A stretch of 64,000 nucleotides of DNA. Source: Takakia lepidozioides (lineage: Eukaryota > Plantae > Bryophyta). The notes under the pieces were generated by a model, which ran no database searches, had not been told where the DNA came from, and saw only the letters and a program-made list of their open reading frames with translations. Of the stretch, positions 1 through 13,280 are shown in pieces; within the stretch, counting starts at the first letter, position 1; each line of letters begins with the position of its first letter. A program made the translations under genes and the position numbers. Where the stretch lies: contig CM060732.1 in assembly GCA_030704615.1 (NCBI GenBank), forward strand, positions 48,856,001 through 48,920,000, in the 5' to 3' direction.

Positions 1-232
1 TCTGAGAGAAATTTACACGGTCATTTTCTTCTTTATATCGGAGCGTAATTACAGCACTTACATAGACAGATTCACAGAGCCTTGGAGAAGTGAAATCCCT
101 TAGGACACAGATTGGCATATGAGATTACAGCATCTGTTGTAATGATAGCCTCACAACTCATAAGCACATTTCATCTATCAAGATAACTGACTGCAACTTG
201 AGAAACTTTGTCCTACACCAAGGCAGGATGAC

Positions 233-3200
233 CTGAATGTCTTTAATGGTCTTCAGAGTGGCATTATTGACATTGAAGGTGACAGGATGCCATCCTTCCC
301 GATCTTCACCCTTCTCAAAATTCTTCCACTGACTATAGGTCACTGTCCGTCTTTCTATTTCTGCCTCCATGTCCTCCATCTGTATCCACCAACACTCCCG
401 GTCACACCCAGTTTTTTTGAGTGCTTTGAAACCTAAGAAGTATCCCTTCCTTCTTTCAGGAGAGTGACTTCTGGGGATGGTGAAAGTCGTTGTCAGCAGT
501 TTGAAGCTTAATGTATCAATGTCAGTGGTTGAAGAGAATCTTTTGTACTCAACAAACAAGCAAAAATTACTGGACATGCTTCTCCACTGAATCAGAATCA
601 CTCCCCAACATATTGATAGCTATCAAAACAAATGTCCAAGGAAAGCAGTTTTGAAACGGTTTCAGGCAACAGGCTGGATGAGGCTCATCCAGGACATGCC
701 ACCCAGCAATAGCTGATGACAACCCAGTCTTGAGGAGCTGGCATTGACAGCATACTAACAACACGAAGTTGCTTCATCTAGTTCATTTAGCCCAGCATGA
801 AATGTGGCTGTAGTTGCGCTGTAAGTCACAACGTTGAGGCGAAGTCTGTGCATGTGTGTCTCTGTGAGGTGTGAGAGTGGGAAAGTGGGAGTACTCACTG
901 CTAAGAGAGTCTGTATGTAATGCTCATCAGGAATACAGTTGTGTTCATCCTCAGTCTTGTTGTTCACATTCTGACACAGGCAACACTGGTCATCAGCTGA
1001 CTGCACATTCCCCAACGCCGCCTTATTCTGCACATCTATTTGACTGGACAAAGTGTGCATAACCACATATGACTATCATCTTCATGTACAGAGGCAGACG
1101 CAGACTGCATTATGTGCACAACTAGGCCAAATTGACCAAAACGGGCAGAGACAGACAAACAGTGATAATAAAAGGAGAACCTACAGTTTCTGGCTGATCT
1201 GCCAGAAATCAGACTGTATAACTCTTAAGCAGACTTGGGGAGGCTATGGGTTTGAGATCTCTGACTATCCTCCTAAGTGCATGGAATTCATCCAGTTCCC
1301 CAATTTGAAAAGTTCACCAGTATGCTCAACTCAAGCTCTCTACTAGTTTCTTGAGATTACTGCCGGATTCCAAAACTCCAGCAATGGGATTCCTTTGCAT
1401 AGCCCATCAGTCTCACATGCTGGTGGGGTGGGGTGGGGTGGTCTGGGGGAATTGGAAAAAATGCTTGCCACCTCAAAAATTGCTTTTTCAATGAAATAAA
1501 AGGGCTGGTCAAAATGATTGAGGCAGCAGACGGGCTCACCGGCGCCTGTTGACTCTCAGATTCTGGCCTGACCACCTTCTTCTGCATCCATTTATGCATG
1601 CCAGATCCTGTCAATCTCTGCCCTGCCACAAATATGCTAATACACATACACAACAAGAGCCGGCTATAGCCATGAAATTGGATTGGAATCCAGGTTTCTG
1701 ATTGCTTGAGTTTACTTCATTTGTCAAGGCAATCGACATACTCAGCAAACAAAAGTGGCACAATGCAAATAAACAAAGGCAGCACTGGAGCGCAGAAACT
1801 GCATACCTTGCAGTACTGCTGAAAGACAGGGAAAACAGTTGAATCCTCCACAATTGCTTCCGCATGGTTCCGCATCAAAACAAACCACTACCCATACCAT
1901 CCATCCCTCCATATCAGACAAACAAACCAAGTAATGTAGCCTACCCATTTGCTTCTGATTGACTTACTTCCCTTCTAGCCTCACGTTCCTCCATGTAGCA
2001 CAAATAAACCACCAGGCTCAAGCAGGAGGACAACTTGAGGGAATTAGATAGCAGAAAACAGACATTAACGCTTGCCACATACAAGTGAGTACCTGAGATC
2101 CTTTGCGCCATTTCTCATGTGGAATTACGAGTGCCATTTCCGGATTATACTGTGTATCTTCCCAGTCCACAAAACTATCCAGCCCAGCATCCCAGCTTCG
2201 CTATATCACTATATACCATAGGTCATCTCAATCAACTAAACCATCTCTACAGACCCAATTCTTTACAATATGTCATTTAAATCCTCTCACTATTTGGCAA
2301 ACAACAGAAACTAAAGTATGCCTGAGCGAGGGGTACAACTGAGACGACATACCTGTCCAAGAAGCTCCTGCGGGATGACAGGAGATAGTCATAGATGAAG
2401 CGGAAGTTGTAAAGAGGGATGCAGCTGTACCACCCCAAGTTTCCTACCCATTAGGCATAACATGGGAGCCTGTCTCTATTGGTATCCACAGATACAGGTT
2501 GGCCTACAAACATCCAAAGAGCTACTCCAGCTATTGAAACTCTACTCCACAGACATTTACCTGTCAGACAGAAGAACGAGGCGCTGATTGAGGGGATCTT
2601 GAAGGGCTTGACTTAGGAGCAGCCGCTCTGCTTGAATCATGCTGACCTCCCCCCATTCCACCTGCAAGGGCTCCCCCATCCCCGAGTTACCCAACTAAAA
2701 ATGCTCTTTAATGACACTCTAGCATCCAAACCACTTTTCTATTTGTTGGACTTCCAACCCGAAAGACTGAACACACCCACCCACACTATACAGCACTAGA
2801 ACTCTGCATGATGGAATGTTATGTTCATTGTGTCGTTAGACATTCAGCAAAAGTTTTATTTCTCTTCAGATGTTTAGGTGTCAACTCGCCCTGTAGGGAG
2901 CATAGCAAATCTCACTTCAGTCAAAGATTTATTCAGCAGATATATAATCATTACCAGCACAGAGTTCAAAAGTTGTCGATTAATGAAAGAGCGGCATTTT
3001 GTGGTCTCTTCGGTGTACACAAATCCAGGCCTTGCATGGATGTACACGGTATACTCGTTTTCTCGTGATCCCTGTCACCCCCCATTTCAGACGGTGCACA
3101 CATGCCTTTATATTCTTTGACTCCTGTCAGCTAATCTGCGAACAGAACCCACAAGAACCATATGCCATGGGTGATTTTTGCACATGCAATACCGATGCCC

Positions 3201-3633
3201 AGTAAAATTACCTTCCCAATCAAATATCCTTAACCGTGCACACCACAATCTCCAAGTGAAGAAGCCATGAGAATAAAAGATTGTGTGCAAAGTAACCAGT
3301 AGAAAAGAACAAGTATCACTTACCCATAGGAAAGGATCAGCCAAAAATACACCCTGAAAGAAACTGCATGTTGCATTAACTTACCAGGAAAAAATGTTCC
3401 CAGAGAAAATCCAGTGGCATGGAGTCGCGAGCCAGAAACAGAAATGCTATCTTGGGCTTATTGTAGAGCTTATGCTCACTTAGTGGTGTGAATGAATCAT
3501 AGAAGACCAAGGCCTGCAGCTTCACCAAGACCACTATCGCCAGACAGGCCGCCATCAATAACGGTCCTCTTGACTTCCATTTCCACCTTGGGAGGCCATA
3601 CATCCTCTTCCTCATAGCTGCTCCCTTCAGCAT
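233..3633 (-). CDS. Core-2/I-branching beta-1,6-GlcNAc transferase-like (GT14-like/BC10, DUF266) glycosyltransferase; 3' end lies outside the window
   Basis: GT-AG exons 3633-3385, 3071-2955, 2661-2561, 2424-2353, 2174-2093, 1887-1807, 1581-1540 (least certain), 970-899 and 379-233 join in frame. N-terminal TM anchor, then family motifs KIAFLFLAR..PLDFLW, YIHARPGF, VEWGEVSMIQAERLLL..AL.DP.N.R.VLLSDSCIPLYNF, WRKGSQW, CIPDEHYIQTLL, RRTVTYSQW, WHPVTF. Confidence 0.93.
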
Positions 3634-4411
3634 TTACAGGCTGCCTTCCATGTCCCAGTCCCCAACTCAGCCTTCAGTAATCAGGGTTTACATCATACCC
3701 CTTCACAACAACACCAACACAAGTCTGTCCCAACTCCCTCAGCCAAGCCCACATCTCATGCAACTTTTCCTTCAACGGAAAATGCCTAAATTCCATACTT
3801 CAATAAATAGTGAAATTGTCTAAACAAAGCAAGATCCGCCAAGCCGTTCAACCAACCCTGTCTATTAAGACGACTAGTCGCAAATCACGCAACGCTGCCA
3901 CTCGGATCACCAATCCATTACAATCGTGCCTCATGGAGTCTACATGACATGCGCACCTTAAATTAGCCGTCGAGGAGGGTCACCAGCACTGTTGGAAAAT
4001 ATTGGTCGAAAGAACACCACCAAAAGATGCACGACACGCGCCCGAAGAGTAGGATAAACTCCAAAAGACAAATCTCAAAACCCAACTACAGAGAAAGACA
4101 AATCGGAGTAGATTGGCCAGAAAAAAAGACCTCCAGGAAGTGCTGTGCGATTGCAAACTACAATTGGCCGGACTGGTCAATCCACGACTGGCAACGAAGA
4201 AGAGGAAGGACCGATCCTAATCTCAGATTGTGGAGGGCGATACGATACAAGTCTATGAACATGGCGGTGACAGTCAGCCACGTTATCTGTCGCAGAAAGT
4301 AGAAGTCGTGCTGCAGGATTGCTGCGACCCCTCATGAAATCACGGACCATCAGACGCCCATTTGTCGATCCTCAAGAAAGCGTGGGAAGACCTGCGGAGA
4401 GAAAGACAGAC

Positions 4412-4435
4412 AGAGAGAGAGAGAGAGAGAGAGAG
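4412..4435. repeat. (GA)n/(TC)n microsatellite in the probable promoter/5'UTR of the glycosyltransferase gene
   Basis: About 12 AG units seen directly. Confidence 0.85.
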
Positions 4436-5812
4436 GACGCTCTGATTCTGGGTTCAAATCTTGTCTCGTTAGAGATATTTTACAAATTTGAAATCCAGAT
4501 ATTATTAGGACTCCGGCTACACGTGGATTCCATTATTTTAGTTAGTGGTTATAAATGTGTACAAATGTAACGGACACGATGGAAATACCCTAAACCCTAC
4601 CTACTTCACAAAAGGTCTGTGGAGATTCGAGAAGAAAGCGGGAAGAAGAAATGGTGATCGATCTCATCTGCGGCTGACAAGGATCCATAGCTGACACGCA
4701 TGCTTTCAGCCTTTAAGGACACCTCCCTCCCTCGCTCATTCACACATGATTGTTGGAGCGACAAAAGGTATGTACTAAACCTGTCAGCAAGGTTCGCCGA
4801 GCCAACATCTGGATTGTCTTTTTCCTGCAGCGCTGAAAACCTGACAAACCTGCTTTTACTCGGTTGCAGAGTGGCAAAAATGTTTGCCAGAGAATTGCAT
4901 GGGAATGTCCGAGTGCCCAACCTGAGGATTGGATATGGATTCGGAGCGACTCAGCTAGTAGGTCAGTAGTGCCAAAGCTCTCTCCTGCACGCAACATTAC
5001 TGTTTTTCTAAAGAGACGTGAGATGTAAGAGAGGAGAGAAGCTGTTACGCTAGTCTTGTTCGTTGACGTGCAATTGTTATCTGCGAGATGCCCTGAAGAT
5101 CAAAACTCCCCACAACGTACTAGCCCTCCTGAAATATCTTACAAATTGTAAGAAAGAATAAAGACAAACTTTGGACCAAGCTGATGAACCTCTCTTTTAG
5201 CCAGCTTCATGACCTTTTCCCTGCCCTTGCCTGCCACCTGGCTCTGGTTGCACTGGCAGAAGGAAAGAATGGAAGTAGGGAGAAACAATTAAGAGAGGGT
5301 CTAACAGGCTTGACCAAAATATTCCATAGAATAGATGGATAGTGCTGCTAGTCAGACTAGGTCCAATTTGGTTCTAGTGTACACTCAGCAACATAATGGC
5401 AACATAATGGCCTTTTAGTATGCAAGGATTTTTAGTGTGACAATCCTCAATGTTCCTGACACTACAGCAGAGCTTCATTCAGAAATCCTGCAAAACATAC
5501 AGCATCTCAGTCATGATTTAAGGACCTCCTACCAATCTCTGTCAGCTTTCCACCATATACAAAAGAAGCATTCGGTTTCAGATGGTTTGTGTGATGAGAG
5601 ACTGGCATGTCATAAACTGGTAGTGTTTCTCTATGTGAGCATCAACAGGAATCAGTGCAGGCTAAAAATTTCAGGATGCTTTGTCAGTCTCGTAAACCAG
5701 CATGTGGGATCATGCAGTCAACTACGCTGGCATTCGAAAGTCTAGAAAGTTCCTTCAAGTATCCTCGTGCAAACATATGCAGTTGAGTTTCCCCACAGGA
5801 ACCCCGCATCAT

Positions 5813-8800
5813 TCATTCTAGGATGACTTGAACTCGATCACCATTGGGGTCGGTGAAGTCTACTAAGTTCTGGCCACTTTCAAAACGGCCACGAAAGTTG
5901 AACTGTGCCTTTTCCAACATTAGCCGCAGATCTAACCCTGCAATGGCTGCATCCAACCCACCTCAAATTAACAATCACTCATCATTACAAGGCTTAGATA
6001 GGACATATCATTCCTCTCCACCTGCAAGGGCTGTGAATTCCAACAAAACACAGTCCTACCTTGTTATCTATGTCTGCTAGGCAGTCAGCAATACTAGTGT
6101 TTCCGAAACGAAAACCCAGTTCCAAGGCCAGCTGACCCCTTAAGCCCAATCCGAAGTACAATGTGCCTACTAGACCTTGCCAAAATAACCCCAATTTAAG
6201 CACACAACAAACAGCACATAAACCTTGCCTGGCTGTGGACACTTTAGTTTTACACTCATCCCCACAGCACTCTGTTAAGGGTCTGCCTCTCACTCTTCCT
6301 TACATGAAGTTCTCAAGTTCTCACCAGGAATTGTGTTTGAAAGGCCTTCCAGAAATCCAGCCTGCATCAACCCTCCCCACCAGTATTCAGGAGATACCCC
6401 AATCAATTCTTACCTCCTGAGCACTCTTACAGTTTGTGCATGAATTTCTTCCATGCAGTTTCAAAAAACAGCAACAGCAATCAAAATAGGACTGCACCAC
6501 TTAATCGCTACAAGAGCGGAATTTGTAGACAAATGTGGAAACTGCCTTCAATCCCACTATAACCCTTCCCATCACCCTCTCCATCAGAGAAACAATCCAG
6601 AAGGACTTGTGCACACGTACAGGAATGCACACATCAAGTTTGACGGCACCATTGTTGCCTGTGATCTTGACGCGAACACTGCTCGCCCAAATACCTGGAA
6701 ATGAGCTTCGCATGTTCCTGTTGCTTAGGCTATCCAGCACCTCTGCCTCTGTGGAACCTGCACCCTTGTTCTCTTGTTTCTCCCCTGTTTGGCTACTTTC
6801 TGGAGCCTCCAGCACTTGGTCCGGAGCAATCACCGTCACTTCTTCAGTAATGGAAATGACGGACTCACTCGATGGTGCCAATACCTCTGACAAAGTACAT
6901 TGAAGATGACAGAATTACAAAGTACTCATAAGAAAGACTTGTTGTACAACTATGATGAAACAAAAAGAGAGATATTTTGTCCAATCACAGCAATCCAACC
7001 AGCTCCACTACAGTAGGAGTGTTAAAAGGAACCTGATAGGGACTCATATGCTGGAGTAGAAGTAGAGGGCTCATAGGTGTAGCGTTCTTCTTCTGCATAA
7101 TATTGAGGGAAACCCACAACCTCTTGGATGGTGTCAAAGGATGGAAGGTCCTTTGGAGGTGGCAGCCGGCCACTCTTCAATGCTGTTAGGGCATCCTGCA
7201 CAATATCTCAACTCTTCTCACTTATACTCCCTCTGCCATTGATCTCCATGTGCCTTTCCCGACGCCAAGAAGATGTGACCAGTGGCAAATTTTTAACTAA
7301 GAAAAGAAACAAATGCAAATGTTTCTGTCGAGAGCAGATCTAAGTGTCCCCACTATGCCTGCAAGCAGGCAGCGTCTATAGCAAAAACACAAGCTCTCAC
7401 CTGTCTAAATCAGTCACGCATTCACATATGACTTGTGGGATGTAGCCAAGGACATTGCAAACTGTTACTGCGATCCTGCGAAAGAAGACTCGGTTGAAAA
7501 TGTGATAGTGCGGTTGAAGGACAAGAAACTACCTGCATGGCACGAATTGACACTCCAATCAAGGATAGGGGGTACGCAATTAATTTGAACCCTATCTCAT
7601 CAAGTTCCAAAGGGGAAAGAATGGGCGTTTTTCCACCACCCTCCAGCATATTCGCCTGCCATGCATCACCCAAACGGCCCAACCAACATGTCATATCTTT
7701 CAATGCACATATCTATGTTTCTTGCAAAGTTTCTTACATTGGCTCCTGTGTCATCCCAAAACTTACAGGTTCACAACTGGTTACAAAATTGATACAAAAG
7801 CATGAAAAAGACAAACTAAGTAAACATTAAAAGGTCAACTACATTGGCACTTGAGGTCAGAAACTAAATAGAGACATCAGCGGTTGGCTGCCTATCTCCA
7901 GGCCTTCCCATTAAATAGTACAAGAATCCTTTCCCCACCCTCACTAACAGAAACATCCCTCAACTCTCTCAGGAATACAGAGTACAAATCATTCCAGCAT
8001 GACAAGGTACAGCCAATCAAAGTGAACCACAGCCCCACAAAGAAAAACTATCACCTTCTGAGTGCTTCATTCTTTAACATCTCATGTTCAGATGGTTAAA
8101 CTAGTGGTTAAGACTCACGAAACAGTCGTGACTAACAGTGCAAGATTTTTACTCCCCTTTGCTAAATTAGAGAGATTAAACAGACAGACCATTTTGGGCA
8201 CCCCAGGTGCAACATTACAGAAGGCACGCATTTCATCCTGAGAGGCCAGTGCATCAACAAAAAGAACATCAGCACCAGCGTCTGCAAATGCTTGCACCCG
8301 CCACAGGGCCTCATCTAGCGATACTGCCTGTCGTGCATCGGAGCGTGCCACAATTACAATGTCAGAGCGTGCCTCCTTACGAGCATCCACGGCTGCACGG
8401 ATTCGCATCACTGCTTCATTTCTGGCAACCACTTGACGGCCCTTAGTGTGTCCACAGGCCTTGGGTGCAACCTGCTTGCCAACCCGTCACCATCACTTCG
8501 CCAGACCCCCACACAGAGATGTCCAACCACAAGGCAAGGCGACCTGTACCGCACAGTGCCTATGCAAGCATCATTGTCTATTCGTGCACACACTCGAACA
8601 ACTCAAAAGAGCAGCACTCTGCCACCAAGCTATGTGGTCATGCAACTTGAAGATAGCCAATGTGGTGCTGGTTAACCTGATCTATGCAGATTCATACAGC
8701 TTTCACTTGATTAGAGATAATCCCTTGAAACTAGAACTGCCAATCTTTTAGTGGACATCTTTTGCTCAAATGTCCAGAATAGACTAACTATCCTGCCATA

Positions 8801-10305
8801 GGTGCATGCCAGGGAATCGTTGTCACCGCCTGTCAAGCCTTTTTGGCCAGAAAAGGAGGACATATTTAGGGACCAATCCATACAAAAATGGTTTGAAATA
8901 CTTTTTCAACCATGTCTTCGTCAGCACTTTTGGACCCAGAACGTAGCCACAAGAGAGTGGGAGGGTAATACCTGATCCTCAAGAAGGATTCCTGCAAAGC
9001 CTGCTGCAATGTAACCCTTTACAGTCCGCTTCACATTAAGCGCATTGCCATAGCCAGTGTCAGCATCACCTATGACTGGAATGGTCACTGCTGAAGTAAT
9101 AAAGCAACCCTGGTCGACCATTTCACCATAAGATATGAGTCCCGCATCTGGGGCTGCCAAACGAACTGTCGACACTGCAAAGCCTGTCACCACCCTCCAC
9201 AGGCTTCCGAAGTTAAAGACCCTTGCCTCACTTCATGGTTCTCCAGAAATGATCAAACAAGGGGGGCAGCCAATGGGTGCAGGGTTTAAGGGTTAAGGCT
9301 CCTCGTTTTGAGACCTCCACAGAATGCTTTCCCGGAGCAAACGAGAAGGCAGAAGCAAACCAAGAAGAGCCCATAAGAACTTCCTGTGTATCTGGACGCT
9401 GGTATCACAGGTATCTGATCCTCAAACTGACCTTTGAGCTCAGCATGATGTGGATTCAATCCAGGAGCTATCTGCAAGCTCAATTGTGGCTGAACCAATT
9501 AGGACGATATTCAAGGAAAAGTTGTCAGAAGCAAACCATTCATTTGTCAACATGCTAGAGTGTGAAGATATCAACAGTTAGGCCTGAAACAACGATGTCT
9601 TCTTAAATATCTGGCTCTGTCCAATGGTGTGGAGCTTTTGCACGTACAGCGTTTCATTGTGCTGACAGGCACAAATTCTGGAGGCAGTCTAAATGATAGA
9701 GGCAGAGTTGGCTGGTCAAAGAGCTCACCACTCATAAAAGTGAAGCTAAATCCGGCCATCTCCACCAGCCTGGCGCTGAGAGCATCGTGGCATGCAGGCC
9801 CCTGATGAATCCCTGGTGATGTCAACAACTTCCTCAGTGCTTCTGCCCGTGTCTCTGCTGCGAGTGAGCCATCTCCACCTGTCGTTGCTTTCACACTCAG
9901 GTCTCTACGTCCCCTGGCAAAGTTTGCAGGCCCTTTCTGCAGCGAACATCGGATGAAATTACAGGCATCTAAGAATCCCAAAAATCAAGCAACTTACAAT
10001 CAACCTCAAGCACTTACATTCCAAAGATCCAAGTGCAGATGGGTTCTCACCTCAGACACATTCCCCAGTATTAATGAGGGGCACCTTGCGACACCCAATT
10101 TGCGTGGTCGCGCATTCTGAATTCTCGCCGAACCCTTCAAACCCTCCCACTGTGGTACAAAACCCGCTCCCCAATCCTTTCCAAAGTTGGGAGTTCCTAA
10201 GTACGTCCGCCATTGTCCAGCCTGACCACATAATCCAGCTAAGCTAATCGTCATTCCAGGCTGAGCTGATGCCATGGGAGACGGAGATGGACACGAGGCA
10301 AGCAT
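5813..10305 (-). CDS. Isocitrate lyase/PEP mutase superfamily enzyme (2,3-dimethylmalate lyase / carboxyvinyl-carboxyphosphonate phosphorylmutase-like) with probable organellar transit peptide
   Basis: Exons about 10305-10051, 9936-9729, 9183-8972, 8471-8190, 7655-7533, 7195-7033, ~6886-6618, ~6361-6325, ~5947-5813 (TGA). Motifs GPACHDALSARLVE.AGF, PDAGLISYGEM, PVIGDADTGYGNALNV, ILLEDQVAPKACGH, IVARSDAR, ANMLEGGGKTP, plus the plant-type C-terminal extension (VRVKITG..G..KLD..IPAGFLEG...DRVQVILE). Confidence 0.93.
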
Positions 10306-10869
10306 GGTAGAGCAGCTCTCTTCCCCTGCTTATCAATCTCTGTCTCCCCCCCTGCATGTGCCAGGCATCCCTGTTTTCGTTACACAGATAGATGCTCTGA
10401 TCAATGCAACCGAGCTTAGGGTGGGGTACCCATTATTTTCCAGTTGATTGCAGTTCTGATGCCAACCAGGCCTGCAAGTCAAGTGAAAGAAAAAAGATTT
10501 GTTGGCCCTGCCCAACTTGGCAGGACTACGCAAAGGGTTCTCGAATATTGTGCCGATATTGCGGATTGGCAAATGGATTAGATAAAGACAGGTGTACCGG
10601 TCACGTTGTACTGGTATTGGAATTGGGTTGGGGTCTTGAGTCTTGAAGGGGGCGCTCAAATTTGAACATTGGTCCTAAGTCCTAAGAGCAAAGTTCTCAC
10701 AAATAGAATACTGGTATAACTATCGCCTTTTTGAGAAATTGGAATATGGTGGCAATAACTTAGTAGGGTATGGCATTCTGTAATACCTACCAGGACATAA
10801 CCGATTTTTAGAGCAGACTCGCTGACGTGGCGTGCTGTTACTGGATTTGAGGAGGGGTGCTATATGTGG

Positions 10870-11200
10870 TATTCTACGACCTACTAGATTTTAACTACCT
10901 ACGCGGCTCGGTAGGTCCTGGCTCCCTGCTATATCCGGTAGGTACGTACAAGGGTAAACTGACTGGCTTGCTGCCCTAAAAACTGGTTGTGTCCTGGTAG
11001 CGCTCGAGAGGAGCCCCTGCTATTGGATATAGCAGGTCGCCATAACACCTCGCTGCTAACGCGGCTAGGTAGGGCCTGGCTCCATGCTATATCTGGTAGT
11101 AGGGGCTCTTCTCGAATGCTACCTAGTCCGTAGCAGTCGGGAGCAGCTTGCTCGCCGCATAGCCGCCTTCTGATTGGCCTTGAGGAGGCAGCTATGACGC
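10870..11200. repeat. Degenerate repeats, probably an old TE remnant (related pieces at ~12110-12308)
   Basis: cta(a)cgcggct(c/a)ggtagg.cctggctcc.tgctatatc.ggtag occurs at ~10898 and ~11056; TA-rich, looks deaminated. Confidence 0.45.
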
Positions 11201-11483
11201 GGTAGCATGGCTCCGTATGTATATGGAGCCCTACTACAGGCCTCCACCACCCGTAGACCGCATCCTGCGCGATGTCTACTGCTGGCAATCGATATGGGAC
11301 AATGCAGGACCAATGCGATTAATGATTTACGACCTACCTGCTGTTACTTATACCTACCTTCTAGACCAAGAGACAGGTTCAATGATCCACTTTGTATATG
11401 TTACCATATGTCTCCACAGCCTCCTGACGCGCGGCCTTTCGAGCGACGTACAAATTATCTTAGACCTCCTTACTTAAGGCAGT

Positions 11484-11952
11484 GGGTGGTATCCTGTGAG
11501 CGTGCTCACGTGAGCACGGCGTGAGCACAACCCCCGGTCATAGGGGTTAAATGTTTTCAAACCGTGGTCATAGGAATTACATGTTAACAGGCACGGTGCA
11601 TATGAGTACCTTCAGATTTATTTTCTCAGTGCGAAAATAACTTTTCTAGTGCTTAAATTGCCGATACCCGGACTGAAAACCACGATTTTTGTTTTTATGG
11701 AATTTTCTGGGGTATCCAGTCACATAAGGTGAGGAAACCCCACGCCTATAGGGTAACATGTTATCGTGTATAGGTGTTACTTGTTTGTTAAGTGATGTTG
11801 TGAGGGCCTATGTGAGCAATTAAAAAAAAAAATCGCAAAGTTTTTAGTTTCTCAATTTTAGTTTCGCTGGAGAATATTCGAAAGGCATCTAGGGAAATAT
11901 CCTTAATATTCGCTTGTGCTCACGTGAGCATGCTCACACGCTACCCAACCTC
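11484..11952. mobile_element. MITE with GTGAGC-rich imperfect TIRs
   Basis: Left gggtggtatcctgtgagcgtgctcacgtgagcac versus right revcomp gaggttgggtagcgtgtgagcatgctcacgtgagcac; direct repeat aaggcagt at 11476-11483 and 11953-11960. Confidence 0.75.
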
Positions 11953-12318
11953 AAGGCAGTTAGGACCTGGCACTGGTTACCCAAAATTTCGTCCAAACCA
12001 ATCATTTGGTTATCAACCAAGGCAAATTGATATGTCTTTAGAACCCTTTAGCTTTCAAGCTGAGCAAAACACAAAACTAGTGCAAATGAATGGTAAGAAA
12101 CCCTAAGAGTTTATTAGGTAGGTTGAAAGTGGGTAGGTCGGTAGCGGCTTGCAAGCTGCCTACTGCTATGTCAGATAGTGGCTGCGTGTCGCCCTGCTAC
12201 CGTTAATAGTAGGGGCTCCCTATATACCTCGCCGCTACCGCGGCTCAGTATATACAGAGACCCTACTATTAATAGTAGCAGGGCTCCTCGCAGCCACTAT
12301 CTAGTCCATATCAACCCG

Positions 12319-12920
12319 GGCTCTCATTTGAAGATAATATCTCTTCAATGCGCCCATGGCCCCCGCCAGTGCGGCCCGTGGAGTCAGCTCATAAGCCCAG
12401 TGGCCATCCACCAAGTCTACCGGAGGGTCCTATAGTCTAGTCTATTCTGGAGAGTCTGCTGGAGAGTCCGGTGGACCCAGAATCCGCTGGAGAGCATCCA
12501 CTCTGTAGTCTAGTCCACCCTGCAAGTCTGTTGGAGGGTCCACTCTACGTGTAGAGTGGACTGGGAGTCCACATGGGCCAGCCTGCTCAAAGGTCGGTCC
12601 GCCGCCGTAGAAGAACAAGACTTAAGAAAATTTCAGAAAGAACCATTATACAAAATATATAGTAATTAATAACATACCCATTACTACTTGATAAGAAGTG
12701 AACACGTACCCGTTGCTTTTTACAAAAAACCTTAGAAATAACTAATGTTTTATGTACATTAGACTTGCTTGCCTGGCAGACCCAGCAGCAGACTGAGCCG
12801 CAACGGATCCTCCGACGGGTAGGGGCGCTCCCACGCTTCATGACCTTCTCTGCTACACGTGGGCCTCGTCGCAGGCACATGCATGCGCATTGAAGATGCT
12901 ATTATGTTTCAATGAGAAAC
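12319..12920. mobile_element. Mutator-type MITE (602 bp)
   Basis: ~35-bp imperfect TIRs (ggctctcatttgaagataatatctcttcaatgcgc versus gtttctcattgaaacataatagcatcttcaatgcgc); TSD tatcaacccg at 12309-12318 and 12921-12930. Confidence 0.8.
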
Positions 12921-13089
12921 TATCAACCCGGGTACATATATTTTTCTTGACATTCAATACGGGCCAATTCCATGCAAAATTTAGAGTTTTTTAAATGTAC
13001 AGATGCATTTTATTTTATTTTCCCTCCTTATCTTTGCGAGGACTGAATGATGATTGTGTCAACGCAAGGATGATTTGTTCCTCCCTCGG

Positions 13090-13280
13090 TAAGCTCTCTT
13101 TGGTGTATTCATCCCACTAGGATGCCTATCCACATCATGAAGAACCTTAGAGTGTGTGGTGACTGTCATACCGCCTCCAAGTTCATCTCAAAGATTGTTG
13201 GGCGAGCAGTCATTGTGTGGGATGCAAACCGCTTTCACCACTTCCAGAATGGGACTTGTTCTTGTGGGGATTACTGGTGA
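13090..13280 (+). pseudogene. Orphan C-terminal fragment of a DYW deaminase domain (PPR RNA-editing factor)
   Basis: 13122-13280 translates [52 protein letters not shown]. No HxE motif or PPR repeats are readable upstream. Confidence 0.92.

Noticed and set aside
1357-1420. Alternative glycosyltransferase exon (GIPLLEFWNPA)
   Set aside because: No convincing in-phase acceptor; exon 1581-1540 has better splice sites.
4600-5000. Small divergent plus-strand gene (ORF 4700-4969, possible 63-nt intron, telo-box-like aaaccct)
   Set aside because: No recognisable protein and splice signals are weak; needs transcript data.
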